64,000 nucleotides of DNA from Acidimicrobiia bacterium (GTDB taxonomy: Bacteria; Actinomycetota; Acidimicrobiia; Spongiisociales; ZC4RG35). Positions within the stretch are counted from its first letter, which is position 1. Each line of letters begins with the position of its first letter. Below are positions 18,239 through 27,451 of the stretch, piece by piece. The position numbers and the translations under genes are program-made. The notes beneath the pieces were generated by a model. That model was given only the letters and a program-made list of their open reading frames with translations. It was not told where the DNA came from and did no database searches. The stretch covers positions 9,652 through 73,651 of the forward strand of contig JBBDHV010000031.1 in assembly GCA_040880725.1 (NCBI GenBank), given 5' to 3'.

Positions 18239-19155
18239 GACCGCATGGACCGCAAGGGCTCCAGGATTTCGGATGGCACGCCGATTCCGACTGATCCGGT
18301 GCCCAACAGGACTCCTGTCTTGTACGTTCCGTGAAAGTCGGATCCGCCGGCAGGAAGCAGACCGAAACGACCGGCCATTCGCGCATAGCCCGCCCGTTCA
18401 TCGGCCTCATAACTCCCGTAGTGGCATTCGATCCCGACCAACCCGGCGCTGGAGAGACGCCGCATCATCGTTTCGACCTCGGCCCGGTTGTCGAGGCCCA
18501 GAGTGTGCGGATGGGCCAACACCGGCACTCCGCCGGATCGGCGGGCGAGGTCGATGGCCTCCTCGGGACCCAGCCGCCAGCGGGACATGTAGCCGGGCCG
18601 GCCATTGGCGAGGTACTCGTCGAATGCCTCCCTGATGTCGGTGACGTAGCCCTTCCGCACCATGACCGCCGCGAAGTGCGGGCGTCCGACCGAGCCAGTG
18701 CCGGCTTCGGATTCCACTTCTTCGAGAGTGATGTCGAGGCCGAGTTCGTTGAGGCGGCCGATGATCCGGGCGTTGCGGCTGTTCCTGGCTCCCTGGAGTT
18801 CGGCGAGCCGATCCTGCAGAGGCCCGGATCCCGACTCCAGCCACAGGACCAGCATGTGCATCCCCCCGCGATCCCAGTCCAGGGACAGCTCGACTCCGGG
18901 GATCAGCTCGACTCCTGTTGCGGCGGCGGCGAGGGTGGCTTCGAGGATTCCGTCGAGGGTGTCGTGGTCGGTGAGCGCCATGACCTCGATCCCGAGGAGC
19001 GAGGCGTGCTCGACCAACTCTGTCGGAGTCAGCGACCCGTCCGATGCGGTCGAATGGGTATGCAGGTCGATCGGCACCGCTGAGACGGTAGTCCTCGCGC
19101 GAAACCCAACCGGCTCGATGACTTGGTCGCCCTGGGTCTGGCGACCTATGGTCAC
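18235..19155 (-). CDS. PHP-domain phosphoesterase (TrpH/YciV-like)
   Basis: IDLHTHSTASDGSLTP and HPH motifs. The ORF start at 19155 is only 8 nt from the divergent CAP gene, so an alternative GTG at 19077 (VPIDLHTHS) is plausible. Confidence 0.75.
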   Translation of the reverse strand: MTIGRQTQGDQVIEPVGFRARTTVSAVPIDLHTHSTASDGSLTPTELVEHASLLGIEVMALTDHDTLDGILEATLAAAATGVELIPGVELSLDWDRGGMHMLVLWLESGSGPLQDRLAELQGARNSRNARIIGRLNELGLDITLEEVESEAGTGSVGRPHFAAVMVRKGYVTDIREAFDEYLANGRPGYMSRWRLGPEEAIDLARRSGGVPVLAHPHTLGLDNRAEVETMMRRLSSAGLVGIECHYGSYEADERAGYARMAGRFGLLPAGGSDFHGTYKTGVLLGTGSVGIGVPSEILEPLRSMRS

Positions 19156-19163
19156 TGGCGCCA

Positions 19164-19859
19164 GTGCGATTCTTGCCCCTCGCCCTTGTCGCGGTGCTCG
19201 CCCTTCCGGCGATCCCCGCGTCTGCCGACGCCGTCGACTCCGCCGTCAACGGGACTCGCGCGACGCCCTTACCGTCCCGCGGGGAGCTCGAGGCGGTGGC
19301 CAACTCGTCGGCCGCCAGTCAGGCCTCGCGCGGTCAGCTCGCCCACACTTCTCTTTCCGGGGTGACTTCGGTGTGCTTGGCCGCGGGAGAGATCGTCGGG
19401 GCGGGTGCTTCGATTGCGCCGATCTTCGAGTTGTTCCTGCAGTCTGCAACGCACCGACCCCTGCTGCTGTCGTCCAACTGGACCGCGATGGGGACAGGGT
19501 CGGCGACCGGTGCAGACGGGAAGATCTACGTGTCGGTGGTGTTCTGCACCGAGACCAATCCGAGTTCGGCTGCTGTTGCACCGCCACCGCCACCACCGAG
19601 TTCGAACCCGGCACCTGTCACCAGTAATCAACCGGCCACGACTCGGGGGTCCGCACCGATTCAGGCAGTGACCCCGGTCACGCCGATCACGGTCGCCGTT
19701 CCGTCCTTCGATGACGTGTTCTACCGGCTGTTCACTGGGGACCTCCACGAACAGTGGATCGTGCTCACCGGCCCCTCCAATGGTCTTCCGATGATCGGCC
19801 CGTCGCTGTTCGTGTCGCCGGTGTTCTGGACCATTTCGGTGGGCCCGACGATCAGCTAA
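19164..19859 (+). CDS. Secreted CAP/SCP-like domain protein with Pro-rich C-terminal region
   Basis: Signal peptide MRFLPLALVAVLALPAIPASADA, followed by a CAP-like stretch (ANSSAASQASRGQLAHT...GEIVGAG...NWTAMGTG...YVSVVFC). Confidence 0.5.
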   Translation: MRFLPLALVAVLALPAIPASADAVDSAVNGTRATPLPSRGELEAVANSSAASQASRGQLAHTSLSGVTSVCLAAGEIVGAGASIAPIFELFLQSATHRPLLLSSNWTAMGTGSATGADGKIYVSVVFCTETNPSSAAVAPPPPPPSSNPAPVTSNQPATTRGSAPIQAVTPVTPITVAVPSFDDVFYRLFTGDLHEQWIVLTGPSNGLPMIGPSLFVSPVFWTISVGPTIS

Positions 19860-19873
19860 CCGTTTCGTTCTGG

Positions 19874-20893
19874 TCAGCCGACCAGGAGTTCGGCGATCTC
19901 CACGGTGTTGAGGGCCGCACCCTTGCGCAGGTTGTCACCCACCGCCCACAAGTTGATCCCGCCCGGCTCGCCCACGGTGTTCCGGATTCGCCCTACCAAG
20001 ACGTCATCGATCCCCGCGGAGTCGAGCGGCGTCGGGGTGGTGTCGTTGTTCCACACCTGGACGCCGGGAGCGGCGGTGAGGATCTCGGTCGCTTCGGCCA
20101 CATCGAGAGGCCGCGCGAACCGGGCGGTGGCGGCGATTCCGTGGCCGACCATCACCGGAACCCGCACACAGGTGGGTTCCACCGCCACATCCGGCGCTCC
20201 GAGGATCTTGCGGGTCTCGTTCACCAGTTTCCACTCTTCGTCGGTGTACCCCAGTTCCTTCTCGGTGCCGGCGTACGGGAGGACGTTGAAACCGATCGGG
20301 CGCTGATAGAGCGACCCGCCCGGGTCTTGCCAACCGCCATGCTGCAGGGCATCGGGTGTGTCGATGAAGTGACGCGTCTGGCGCAGGAGTTCGTCCATTC
20401 CCTGTTTCCCGGAGCCGGAGACCGACTGGTACGAGGTCGCGACCATCGAGGTCAGCCCGGCGGCGTGGTGCAATGGTCCGACCGCCATCAGCAACGTCAT
20501 CGTCGTGCAGTTGGGGTTGGCGATGATGCCGCGGGGCCGGTGCGCGATGTCGTCGTTGTTGACGTTGGCGACGACCAGTGGAACATCGGGATCCATCCGG
20601 AACGCCGAGGAGTTGTCGACGACCACTGCACCGGCGGCGGCGAATCGAGGAGCATGCTCCCTGCTGCGATCTCCACCTGCTGAGAAGAGGGCGACGTCGA
20701 TGCCTTCGGGGTCAACGAGGTCCAGATCTTCGATCTCGATCTCGCCCCACGGTGTCTCGACCTTCTGCCCCGCAGAGCGGGCGGAAGCCATGAGCCGGAG
20801 CGCTCCGACGCCGAATTCCCGCTCTGCCAGGATTTGGAGCATCGTGCGCCCGACTGCTCCTGTTGCGCCGACGATCGCGATGTTGGTGGTCAC
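19874..20893 (-). CDS. asd: Aspartate-semialdehyde dehydrogenase
   Basis: [12 protein letters not shown] Rossmann motif, active-site region IANPNCTT, 339 aa. Confidence 0.95.
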   Translation of the reverse strand: MTTNIAIVGATGAVGRTMLQILAEREFGVGALRLMASARSAGQKVETPWGEIEIEDLDLVDPEGIDVALFSAGGDRSREHAPRFAAAGAVVVDNSSAFRMDPDVPLVVANVNNDDIAHRPRGIIANPNCTTMTLLMAVGPLHHAAGLTSMVATSYQSVSGSGKQGMDELLRQTRHFIDTPDALQHGGWQDPGGSLYQRPIGFNVLPYAGTEKELGYTDEEWKLVNETRKILGAPDVAVEPTCVRVPVMVGHGIAATARFARPLDVAEATEILTAAPGVQVWNNDTTPTPLDSAGIDDVLVGRIRNTVGEPGGINLWAVGDNLRKGAALNTVEIAELLVG

Positions 20894-22122
20894 GCTCCCA
20901 CCTCCTCGCGTGACAGTGCGACTTCAAACCCGTCATGAAGGAGGCGCACCGCTTCGGTGACCTTCTCGGCACGAATGACACACGAGATACGGATCGTGGA
21001 GGTGGAGATCATTTCGATGTTGATGCCGGCGTCGGCGAGGATGCGGAACACCTTGGCGGCGATTCCGGGATGCGACTTCATTCCGGCGCCGACCAGCGAG
21101 ACCTTGGCGATGTCGGGATCGACTTCCACGCCGGCGGCGTCGACCTCCGTCGCCACCTCGTCGGCGATGGCGCGGGCGGCTGCGAGCGACGCCTTGGGCA
21201 CGGTCAACGAGATGTCGGTGGTGCCGTCATGCGACGTGTTCTGGACGATCATGTCGATGTTGACCCCTTCGGCGGCCAGGGGCTCGAAGAGCCGGGCGGC
21301 GACGCCGGGACGGTCGGGGACCCCGCGGACGGTCAGCTTGGCCTCCGAGGTGTCGTGTGCCACTCCGCTGATGATCGCTTGTTCCATTGTTTCCTCCTTG
21401 ACCCAGGTCCCCTCGTCGTCCTTGAACGAGGAACGAACGTGGATCGGGATGTTGAATCGGCGACCGAACTCGACCGCCCTGCTCATGAGAACCCCTGCCC
21501 CTGCGCCGGCCAATTCCAGCATCTCGTCGAAGGAGATCTCGGGGAGTTTGCGTGCGTCGGCCACCACCCGCGGATCGGCGGTGTACACGCCGTCGACGTC
21601 GGTGTAGATCTCACACACGTCTGCGCCGAGGGCGGCGGCGAGGGCCACGGCAGTTGCGTCGGATCCGCCCCGACCGAGGGTCGTGACCTCCTTCGAGTCG
21701 GGATCCACACCCTGAAAACCGGCGACGATGACGACCTTGCCCTCGTCGATGGCCTCGCGAACGCGGCCTCCGGTGATCTCGGTGATCCGCGCCGATCCGT
21801 GCGACGAATCGGTCAGGATCCCCGCCTGACTTCCGGTGAAGCTCACCGCGCCCACACCGCGGGCCTGAATGGCCATCGCGGTGAGCGCCATCGAGATGCG
21901 TTCGCCGGCAGTCAGCAGCATGTCGAGTTCCCGGGCAGGAGGTGCGGGACTCACGGCTTCGGCGAGTTGGAGCAGTTCGTCGGTGGTCTTTCCCATGGCG
22001 GAGACGACGACGACGACGTCGTTGCCGTCCTTGTGGGTGCTGACGATCCGGTCGGCGATCGCGGTGATGCGTTCGGGGTTGGCGACGGAGGTGCCGCCGT
22101 ACTTTTGGACGATGAGGGCCAT
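20890..22122 (-). CDS. lysC: Aspartate kinase
   Basis: [13 protein letters not shown]..., C-terminal ACT domains, 4-nt overlap with asd. Confidence 0.95.
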   Translation of the reverse strand: MALIVQKYGGTSVANPERITAIADRIVSTHKDGNDVVVVVSAMGKTTDELLQLAEAVSPAPPARELDMLLTAGERISMALTAMAIQARGVGAVSFTGSQAGILTDSSHGSARITEITGGRVREAIDEGKVVIVAGFQGVDPDSKEVTTLGRGGSDATAVALAAALGADVCEIYTDVDGVYTADPRVVADARKLPEISFDEMLELAGAGAGVLMSRAVEFGRRFNIPIHVRSSFKDDEGTWVKEETMEQAIISGVAHDTSEAKLTVRGVPDRPGVAARLFEPLAAEGVNIDMIVQNTSHDGTTDISLTVPKASLAAARAIADEVATEVDAAGVEVDPDIAKVSLVGAGMKSHPGIAAKVFRILADAGINIEMISTSTIRISCVIRAEKVTEAVRLLHDGFEVALSREEVGA

Positions 22123-22199
22123 TCTTCAGATCTTGGTCGTGAGTCCTTCAGGATACGTGAGTCCGGGGATGACCCAATCGCCGGTAGCCTGCCGCCTCG

Positions 22200-22985
22200 A
22201 TGACTGATCGACGTGAACGACAGAAGCAGGCGCGTGCCGCCGCCAAGGAAGCACAGCGCAAAGCCGCAGCGCGCAAGGAGCTGCGACGCCGTATCACGGT
22301 CGGTCTCGGCCTGGGTGCAGCCGTGGCGATCTTCCTGCTGGTGATCGGGACGTTCTCCTCGTCGGACGAGAACGATCTCCCCGAGGCGCTCGAAGCCTTT
22401 CGGAACCAGCCCACCGCGTGTGACGGCTCAGTGCCGGATCCTCCCACGGAGATGCAGTTCGACGAGCCCATCAACCAGGCGCTCCGCGCGGACTCCGAGG
22501 TGACTGCGACCCTGGAAACCTCGTGTGGAACGATCGTGATGGAACTCGACAATGCTCAGTTCCCCCAGACCGTCAGCAACTTCGTGTTCCTCGCCCGCAA
22601 CGGGTACTACGACGGCACGGCGTTTCACCGGGTGGCGCCCGATTTCGTGATCCAGGGTGGGGATCCGATGGCGACCGGTAGCGGCGACCCGGGCTATTCG
22701 ATCCCCGACGAGGTTCCCTCCGAGGGGTTCGTCTACGAGCCCGGGGTGGTGGCGATGGCCAACAGCGGCCGCAACACCACCGGAAGCCAGTTCTTCATTG
22801 TGAGCGGCGAGAGCGCGGCGACGCTCAACCCGTCGTTCAATGTTCTCGGGAGGGTCGTCGAAGGCATGGATGTGGTCGAGCGCATCGCCGAGATTCCCAC
22901 GCGCACCCAACCCGGAGCCCGGGAACGCTCCTACCCGACCGAGTCGATCTACCTCGAGTCGGTCACCATCACCGTCGACAACTGA
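22200..22985 (+). CDS. Cyclophilin-type peptidyl-prolyl isomerase with N-terminal membrane anchor
   Basis: FHRVAPDFVIQGGDP, MANSGRNTTGSQFFI, and an N-terminal Lys/Arg-rich segment plus one TM helix. Confidence 0.9.
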   Translation: MTDRRERQKQARAAAKEAQRKAAARKELRRRITVGLGLGAAVAIFLLVIGTFSSSDENDLPEALEAFRNQPTACDGSVPDPPTEMQFDEPINQALRADSEVTATLETSCGTIVMELDNAQFPQTVSNFVFLARNGYYDGTAFHRVAPDFVIQGGDPMATGSGDPGYSIPDEVPSEGFVYEPGVVAMANSGRNTTGSQFFIVSGESAATLNPSFNVLGRVVEGMDVVERIAEIPTRTQPGARERSYPTESIYLESVTITVDN

Positions 22986-22987
22986 CC

Positions 22988-23033
22988 GGACGACGTCCAT
23001 TCGAACCCAGGGTTCGTTCGGACGTATGCGTCC
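22988..23033. repeat. Dispersed palindromic element copy with flanking hairpins
   Basis: GGACGaCGTCC (22988-22998), core CGAACCCAGGGTTCG (23002-23016), and GGACGtatgCGTCC (23020-23033). The 16-nt arms ACGTCC-nnn-CGAACCC are mirrored. Confidence 0.55.
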
Positions 23034-23106
23034 ACTTTCGATCAGAGAATACGCGGGCCCACCTTGATTTGATCGCTCCAGCGGGGTCTACACTCAGATC
23101 TCCAAT

Positions 23107-23180
23107 CGGGACGTAGCGCAGCTTGGTAGCGCGCAGCGTTCGGGACGCTGAGGTCGTGGGTTCAAGTCCCACCGTCCCGA
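23107..23180 (+). tRNA. tRNA-Pro (anticodon CGG)
   Basis: Hand-folded cloverleaf: acceptor CGGGACG/CGTCCCG, D arm GCGC-AGCTTGGTA-GCGC, anticodon arm CAGCG-TTCGGGA-CGCTG, variable loop AGGTC, T arm GTGGG-TTCAAGT-CCCAC, discriminator A. 74 nt; CCA is not encoded. Confidence 0.9.
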
Positions 23181-23254
23181 CTCAGAGAAACACCAGGTCA
23201 GGGCCGCTCGATCGAGCGGCCCTCTGGTTTGTGAGGCCGGTTTCATCGCGCGTC
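23142..23254 (+). repeat. Direct repeat DR1 (tRNA-Pro 3' half + terminator + ~25 nt); putative att site
   Basis: Near-identical to 32564-32675. Identity begins inside the anticodon loop and runs through the T arm, acceptor 3' strand and terminator hairpin. Confidence 0.8.
23201..23230 (+). terminator. Rho-independent terminator of tRNA-Pro
   Basis: Perfect 9-bp stem GGGCCGCTC-gatc-GAGCGGCCC followed by TCTGGTTT. Confidence 0.6.
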
Positions 23255-23294
23255 GCGAAACCGTGATCCGGGCGGCGGACCGTACCATTCGCTC

Positions 23295-23597
23295 ATGGCA
23301 GGCCGCTCGACAGTTCTCAACTCTCTGATAGAGGCTCACCGAGCCGAGATTCGGGCCCTGTTGGAGCCGCACAACGCCCGTTCGATAGCGGTGTTCGGTT
23401 CGGTTGCGCGGGGCGAGGCAACGGTCGACAGTGACATCGACTTCCTCGTCGAGTTCGAGCCTGGGAGCTCGCTCTTGGATCTGATCCATCTCGAGGAGGC
23501 GCTCGGTGACCTTTTGGGCGTCGATGTCGACGTCATCTCGCTCGGAGCACTTCTCGAACGAGACGACGAGATCCGAAGCGACGCCGTCACGCTGTGA
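23295..23597 (+). CDS. Nucleotidyltransferase (MNT) antitoxin of a HEPN/MNT module
   Basis: FGSVARGEATVDSDIDFLVEF is the Pol-beta-like NTase GS...DxD motif. 100 aa, GTGA overlap with the downstream HEPN gene. Confidence 0.8.
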   Translation: MAGRSTVLNSLIEAHRAEIRALLEPHNARSIAVFGSVARGEATVDSDIDFLVEFEPGSSLLDLIHLEEALGDLLGVDVDVISLGALLERDDEIRSDAVTL

Positions 23598-23936
23598 GCC
23601 GATCCGACGTCCACCGCCTGGCCGACATGCTCATGGCGGCCGACGAGATCGCGGCGATTGTCCAGCGGGGACGGGATGCGTTCGAGGAGGAAGTGGTGTT
23701 GCGTCGCGCCGTCGAACGCTGCCTCGAGATCATCGGTGAGGCATCGAAGGCCATGTCGGGGGATCTCACTGACGCCTACCCCAAGATCCCTTGGTCCGAC
23801 ATGGCGAAGGTGCGTGATCGACTGAGTCATTGGCCATCACTACCACCGGATCGACCCCTCACAGCTGTGGACGATGGCGACACAAGACGTTCCGGCCGTC
23901 GTGAGACTCCTCCGGGAGGTGGAACGACGCCGATGA
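23594..23936 (+). pseudogene. HEPN (DUF86) toxin, frameshifted just after the Rx4-6H motif
   Basis: Frame 1 reads ...IPWSDMAKVRDRLSH, then runs into non-homologous sequence to 24148. The next frame continues HHYHRIDPSQLWTMATQDVPAVVRLLREVERRR and stops at 23934-23936, as expected for DUF86. Lesion is near 23828 (catTGGCcatcac). Confidence 0.65.
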
Positions 23937-23969
23937 TCCTGCGTACCCACCTTCGGAAGCGTCGGTTTC

Positions 23970-24245
23970 TCAGCCGGGCCGGTAGACGTTGCCACGATGT
24001 CCCACCCTCAACACGATCACCTCGTGGCGCTCGTCATCAATCCAATACAAGATTCGATACGTCCCGCGCCGGGCGCTCCACACCTTCAGTTCGCCTCGCA
24101 GGGGGGATCCGACCCACCTTGGACTGTCCGACAGGGGTCCGGTCATGAAGTCGATGACAGCGAATGCCACTGCCTCCGGCAGCACTTCGCGAATGGCCCG
24201 AGCGGCCGGGGCGGTGATGACGATCTCGTAGGGTCTGGCGCTCAC
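23970..24245 (-). CDS. RelE/ParE-family toxin
   Basis: GTG start (cac 24243-24245). 91 aa ending ...WSARRGTYRILYWIDDERHEVIVLRVGHRGNVYRPG, typical RelE/ParE. Confidence 0.8.
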   Translation of the reverse strand: MSARPYEIVITAPAARAIREVLPEAVAFAVIDFMTGPLSDSPRWVGSPLRGELKVWSARRGTYRILYWIDDERHEVIVLRVGHRGNVYRPG

Positions 24246-24399
24246 TGAGGCCGCAGGGCCTTCACAGCCTCGACACCACGCACCACATCGCCCGGAGCGA
24301 CTCAGTCGACATGGCCACAATTGTGCCACGCCGACTACAAGAATATGGAACAGCAACTCGAGCTCCGGTTCGCGAAATGAGCGGAGTCTGGGCTCGCTG

Positions 24400-24500
24400 G
24401 CTCGACCCTCCGGGCCTGTCTGGCTGGTGATGAGTCGGTCTGCGATGTCTTCAACGTCGAGACGTCCCTCCGCGACAGCCTGAACGAGCTGGATTGCTCA
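24400..24500 (-). pseudogene. Remnant of a doc toxin 3' end
   Basis: Minus-strand translation AIQLVQAVAEGRLDVEDIADRLITSQTGPEG parallels the C-terminus of intact Doc at 33793 (LDVAEGRLAVEQIAGRLITSQRSPKG). Nucleotide similarity to 33795-33900 is visible. Confidence 0.5.
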
Positions 24501-24575
24501 ATCATGACGCCTTGCGCCGTCGTGAGCAGTCGAGGTGCTCAGACCGCGATGGTGGCGCATGCGTAGATTGGGCCG

Positions 24576-27350
24576 GTGACTATTCGAAGCGCGATGCCGG
24601 TGGGAGTTTCGCCGTTCATCGGCCGCGAGCGTGAGCGTGTGAAGCTGGCCGAACTGGTGGCGGATGCCCGGGTGGTGACGTTGACCGGTTCGGGTGGCTG
24701 CGGAAAGACGCGGCTGGCAGTGGAGGTGGCGGGGGATGTGGCGTCGCGGTTTTTCGATGGGGCCCATTGGGTGGATCTGCAGGGGGTGAGCGATCCGGGG
24801 ATGGTTGCTCCGGTGATTGCCGCGGCGGTGGGGGTCCACGAACGACCCGACCAGGCGCAGGTCGACTCGCTGGTCGAGCAGTTTGGTGCACGGCACCTGC
24901 TGGTGGTGCTGGACAATTGCGAGCACTTGGTGGAGGTGTGCGCGGAGCTGGTCGCCGGGTTGTCGTCGGCGTGTCCGGGCCTGCACGTGCTGGCTACCAG
25001 TCGTGTGCCGCTCGTCGTCGACGGTGAGACGACGTTCGAGGTCGCTCCGCTGCCGGTGCCTGCCGCCGGCGCCCGCTCGGCGAGCAGCGTGGCGGGAGCG
25101 GATGCGGCGCGATTGTTCGAGTTGCGGGCCCGGCAGGTGGCCGCAGACTTTCGGATCGATGACGACAACGCGTCGGCGGTGGCTGAGATCTGTCGACGTC
25201 TGGATGGGATCCCGTTGGCGATCGAGTTGGCGGCGGTGCGGGTGCGGGTGCTGGCACCGGATCAGATCGCTGCGGGCCTGTCGGACCGGTTCGGACTGTT
25301 GACCGGTGGCCTGCGGGGTGCGCCGGCTCGTCAACGAACGCTGGAGGCATCGCTGGATTGGAGCTACTACCTGCTCGACGACGGACAGCAGTTGGCGTTG
25401 GCGAGGCTGTCGGTGTTCGCCGGCTCGTTCGAACTCGACGCGGCAGAGGCGGTCGTGGTCGGGAACGGAGGCGGCAGCAACGATGTGCTCGACCTAGTCG
25501 CCGCCCTGGTCGAGCAGTCGATGTTGGAGGTCGTCGAGCGCCAGGGCAGCGCCCGGTACCGGCTGCTGGAGACCATCCGGGCCTATGCCCGACAGCGCCT
25601 CTCCGAGCTCGGGGATCCCGCCGGGGCGCGTGATTGCCACCTGGCGTTCTACATCCGGCTCGGGGCGCGGGCCCACGCGGGCCTGAACGGTGGACAGCCT
25701 GAGCCCTGGATGGCGCGACTCGCCGCCGATCTGGATGATCTGCGGGCCGCCATGGACTGGGCGGCGGAAACGGGAGACCTGCGTGGACTGGTGGGGCTCA
25801 CCGAGCCGATCGTCCGCTTCTGGTTCGAGCGCGGCCTGGCTGGGGAGGTGCACCGCCGGCTGCACGACGCGGCCGATGCCCCAGGAATCTCAGATGAGGA
25901 GCGCGGGCGGGGTTTGATCACCGCGGCGGCCCTCGCCCTCGCCGCCAACGAGCCCGCCAGCGCCTATAGGTCGGCGAGCAGGGCGGTCGACGTGGCACGC
26001 GTGGCCGCTGTTAACGGTGCGCTCGCGGTCGCAGTGGGACAACGAGCCTTCTCGGGGGTGCTGTCGGGACTGGCGACCAGTGAACAGGTGAACGCCGACA
26101 TCGACGAGGCGGTCCAGCACGCGCAGCGGTGCGGAGACGCTCCGACTCACGCCTACGTGTTGGCGTTCGTCGGGGCAGCCCTTCTCCACAGCCGCTCGAT
26201 CGACGACGCGTGTGGCCTGTTCGAGCAGGCCGTCGAGGTGTGCGAGGCCAACGAGCTCGCCTTCCAACTGCCGGCCGCCATGGCGACGCTCGGACTGTGG
26301 CCGGTCTGGTCCGGTCGGCTCGACTGGACCCGAGGACACGCTCGGCGCACCATCGAGCTCAGCCGGCAGGTCGGACGACCTGGATGGGAGGTGTGCGGGC
26401 TCACCGGTCTGGGAGCGGCTGCCGTCCTGGCAGGCGACCACAGTCAGGCGCAGGAGTGGCTGTCCAAGGCGAGGGCAGTAGTCCAGAAGCACGCGTTGGA
26501 GGGATCCCAATACGGGATGTTCGTTCGGCCCTGGCTCGCACTATCGGCCTGCGTAACCGGTGATCTGAAGACTGCTCGGGCCACGGCTGCCGAGATCGTG
26601 CGGATCGGTCGTGGTGGCGGCAGCCGAGTGGACGAGGCGATGGGCGAGTGGCTGCTGGGCGTCCTGGCCCACGTCGAAGAGCGCCACGAGGATGCGCGAG
26701 CACATCTGACGACTAGCCGCTCGCTTTCGACCGATCCGCGGTTCCCGTTGCCGCTGGGTCGGTCGTTGTTGGGTCTCGCTGAGCTGGCCCAGGAGGACGG
26801 GGTCGTCGACGAGGCGTGGGAACTGGCCCACGAGGGTATGGAGGTTCTCGACGACTACGGCGACCGAGTGGGGGCGGCCGCCGCGTTGGAGCTGATCGCC
26901 GGCCTGGCCCTGGTTCACGGCGAGCCGGAGCGGGCGCTCCGCCTGTTCGCTGCGTCGCAACGGTTCCACACCGAGTCAGGCGTCGTCCGCTTCCCCCTCC
27001 AGGCCGACCGCTTCGAACGTGCCCATAACACCGCATGGGCCGAACTGGACCCCGTCGATGCGACCGCATGTTGGGACGCCGGCAGCGAGCTGTCACTGGC
27101 CGAGGCGCTCGCCTATGCCCGCCGTGGTCGGGGCGTCCGTCAACGCCCCCTGATCGGCTGGGCGTCACTGACCCCGGTCGAACGTGACATCGTGCGGCTG
27201 GTCGCCGAGGGCCACACCAACGCCAAGATCGGTGAACGTCTGTTCATCTCGCCCAACACGGTGAAGAAACACCTGACCCACGTCTACGCCAAGGTGGACG
27301 TCGACGGACGCGCCGATCTCGCCGCACAAGTCGCCCGCCGCGACCTGTAG
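24576..27350 (+). CDS. MalT/LAL-type STAND ATPase with TPR-like region and C-terminal LuxR HTH
   Basis: N-terminal FIGRERE...VVTLTGSGGCGKTRLA (P-loop) and LLVVLDNCEH (Walker B). A long helical-repeat middle region. C-terminal LTPVERDIVRLVAEGHTNAKIGERLFISPNTVKKHLTHVYAKV (LuxR/GerE HTH). Confidence 0.85.
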   Translation: MTIRSAMPVGVSPFIGRERERVKLAELVADARVVTLTGSGGCGKTRLAVEVAGDVASRFFDGAHWVDLQGVSDPGMVAPVIAAAVGVHERPDQAQVDSLVEQFGARHLLVVLDNCEHLVEVCAELVAGLSSACPGLHVLATSRVPLVVDGETTFEVAPLPVPAAGARSASSVAGADAARLFELRARQVAADFRIDDDNASAVAEICRRLDGIPLAIELAAVRVRVLAPDQIAAGLSDRFGLLTGGLRGAPARQRTLEASLDWSYYLLDDGQQLALARLSVFAGSFELDAAEAVVVGNGGGSNDVLDLVAALVEQSMLEVVERQGSARYRLLETIRAYARQRLSELGDPAGARDCHLAFYIRLGARAHAGLNGGQPEPWMARLAADLDDLRAAMDWAAETGDLRGLVGLTEPIVRFWFERGLAGEVHRRLHDAADAPGISDEERGRGLITAAALALAANEPASAYRSASRAVDVARVAAVNGALAVAVGQRAFSGVLSGLATSEQVNADIDEAVQHAQRCGDAPTHAYVLAFVGAALLHSRSIDDACGLFEQAVEVCEANELAFQLPAAMATLGLWPVWSGRLDWTRGHARRTIELSRQVGRPGWEVCGLTGLGAAAVLAGDHSQAQEWLSKARAVVQKHALEGSQYGMFVRPWLALSACVTGDLKTARATAAEIVRIGRGGGSRVDEAMGEWLLGVLAHVEERHEDARAHLTTSRSLSTDPRFPLPLGRSLLGLAELAQEDGVVDEAWELAHEGMEVLDDYGDRVGAAAALELIAGLALVHGEPERALRLFAASQRFHTESGVVRFPLQADRFERAHNTAWAELDPVDATACWDAGSELSLAEALAYARRGRGVRQRPLIGWASLTPVERDIVRLVAEGHTNAKIGERLFISPNTVKKHLTHVYAKVDVDGRADLAAQVARRDL

Positions 27351-27451
27351 TACCACCTGGCAGCGGAAACGTACCCGGTCGGGTGATGTTCTCCGACGCC
27401 CTATGCGGCATAGTCGCAGACATGACCGCAGGCGACCCCGGGAGACAGCAC

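Noticed and set aside
23594-24148. 184-aa ORF taken at face value as a long HEPN fusion protein.
   Set aside because: Beyond residue ~78 the sequence is non-homologous, Arg/Pro-rich, and runs antisense through relE. The authentic DUF86 C-terminus is in the adjacent frame and stops at 23936.
24576-27350. The STAND ATPase as an Avs-like antiphage sensor.
   Set aside because: The architecture is P-loop NTPase at the extreme N-terminus with a C-terminal LuxR HTH (MalT/LAL type). There is no nuclease, protease, TIR or other effector domain, so a transcriptional regulator is the conservative reading. Its island context is still flagged in findings.
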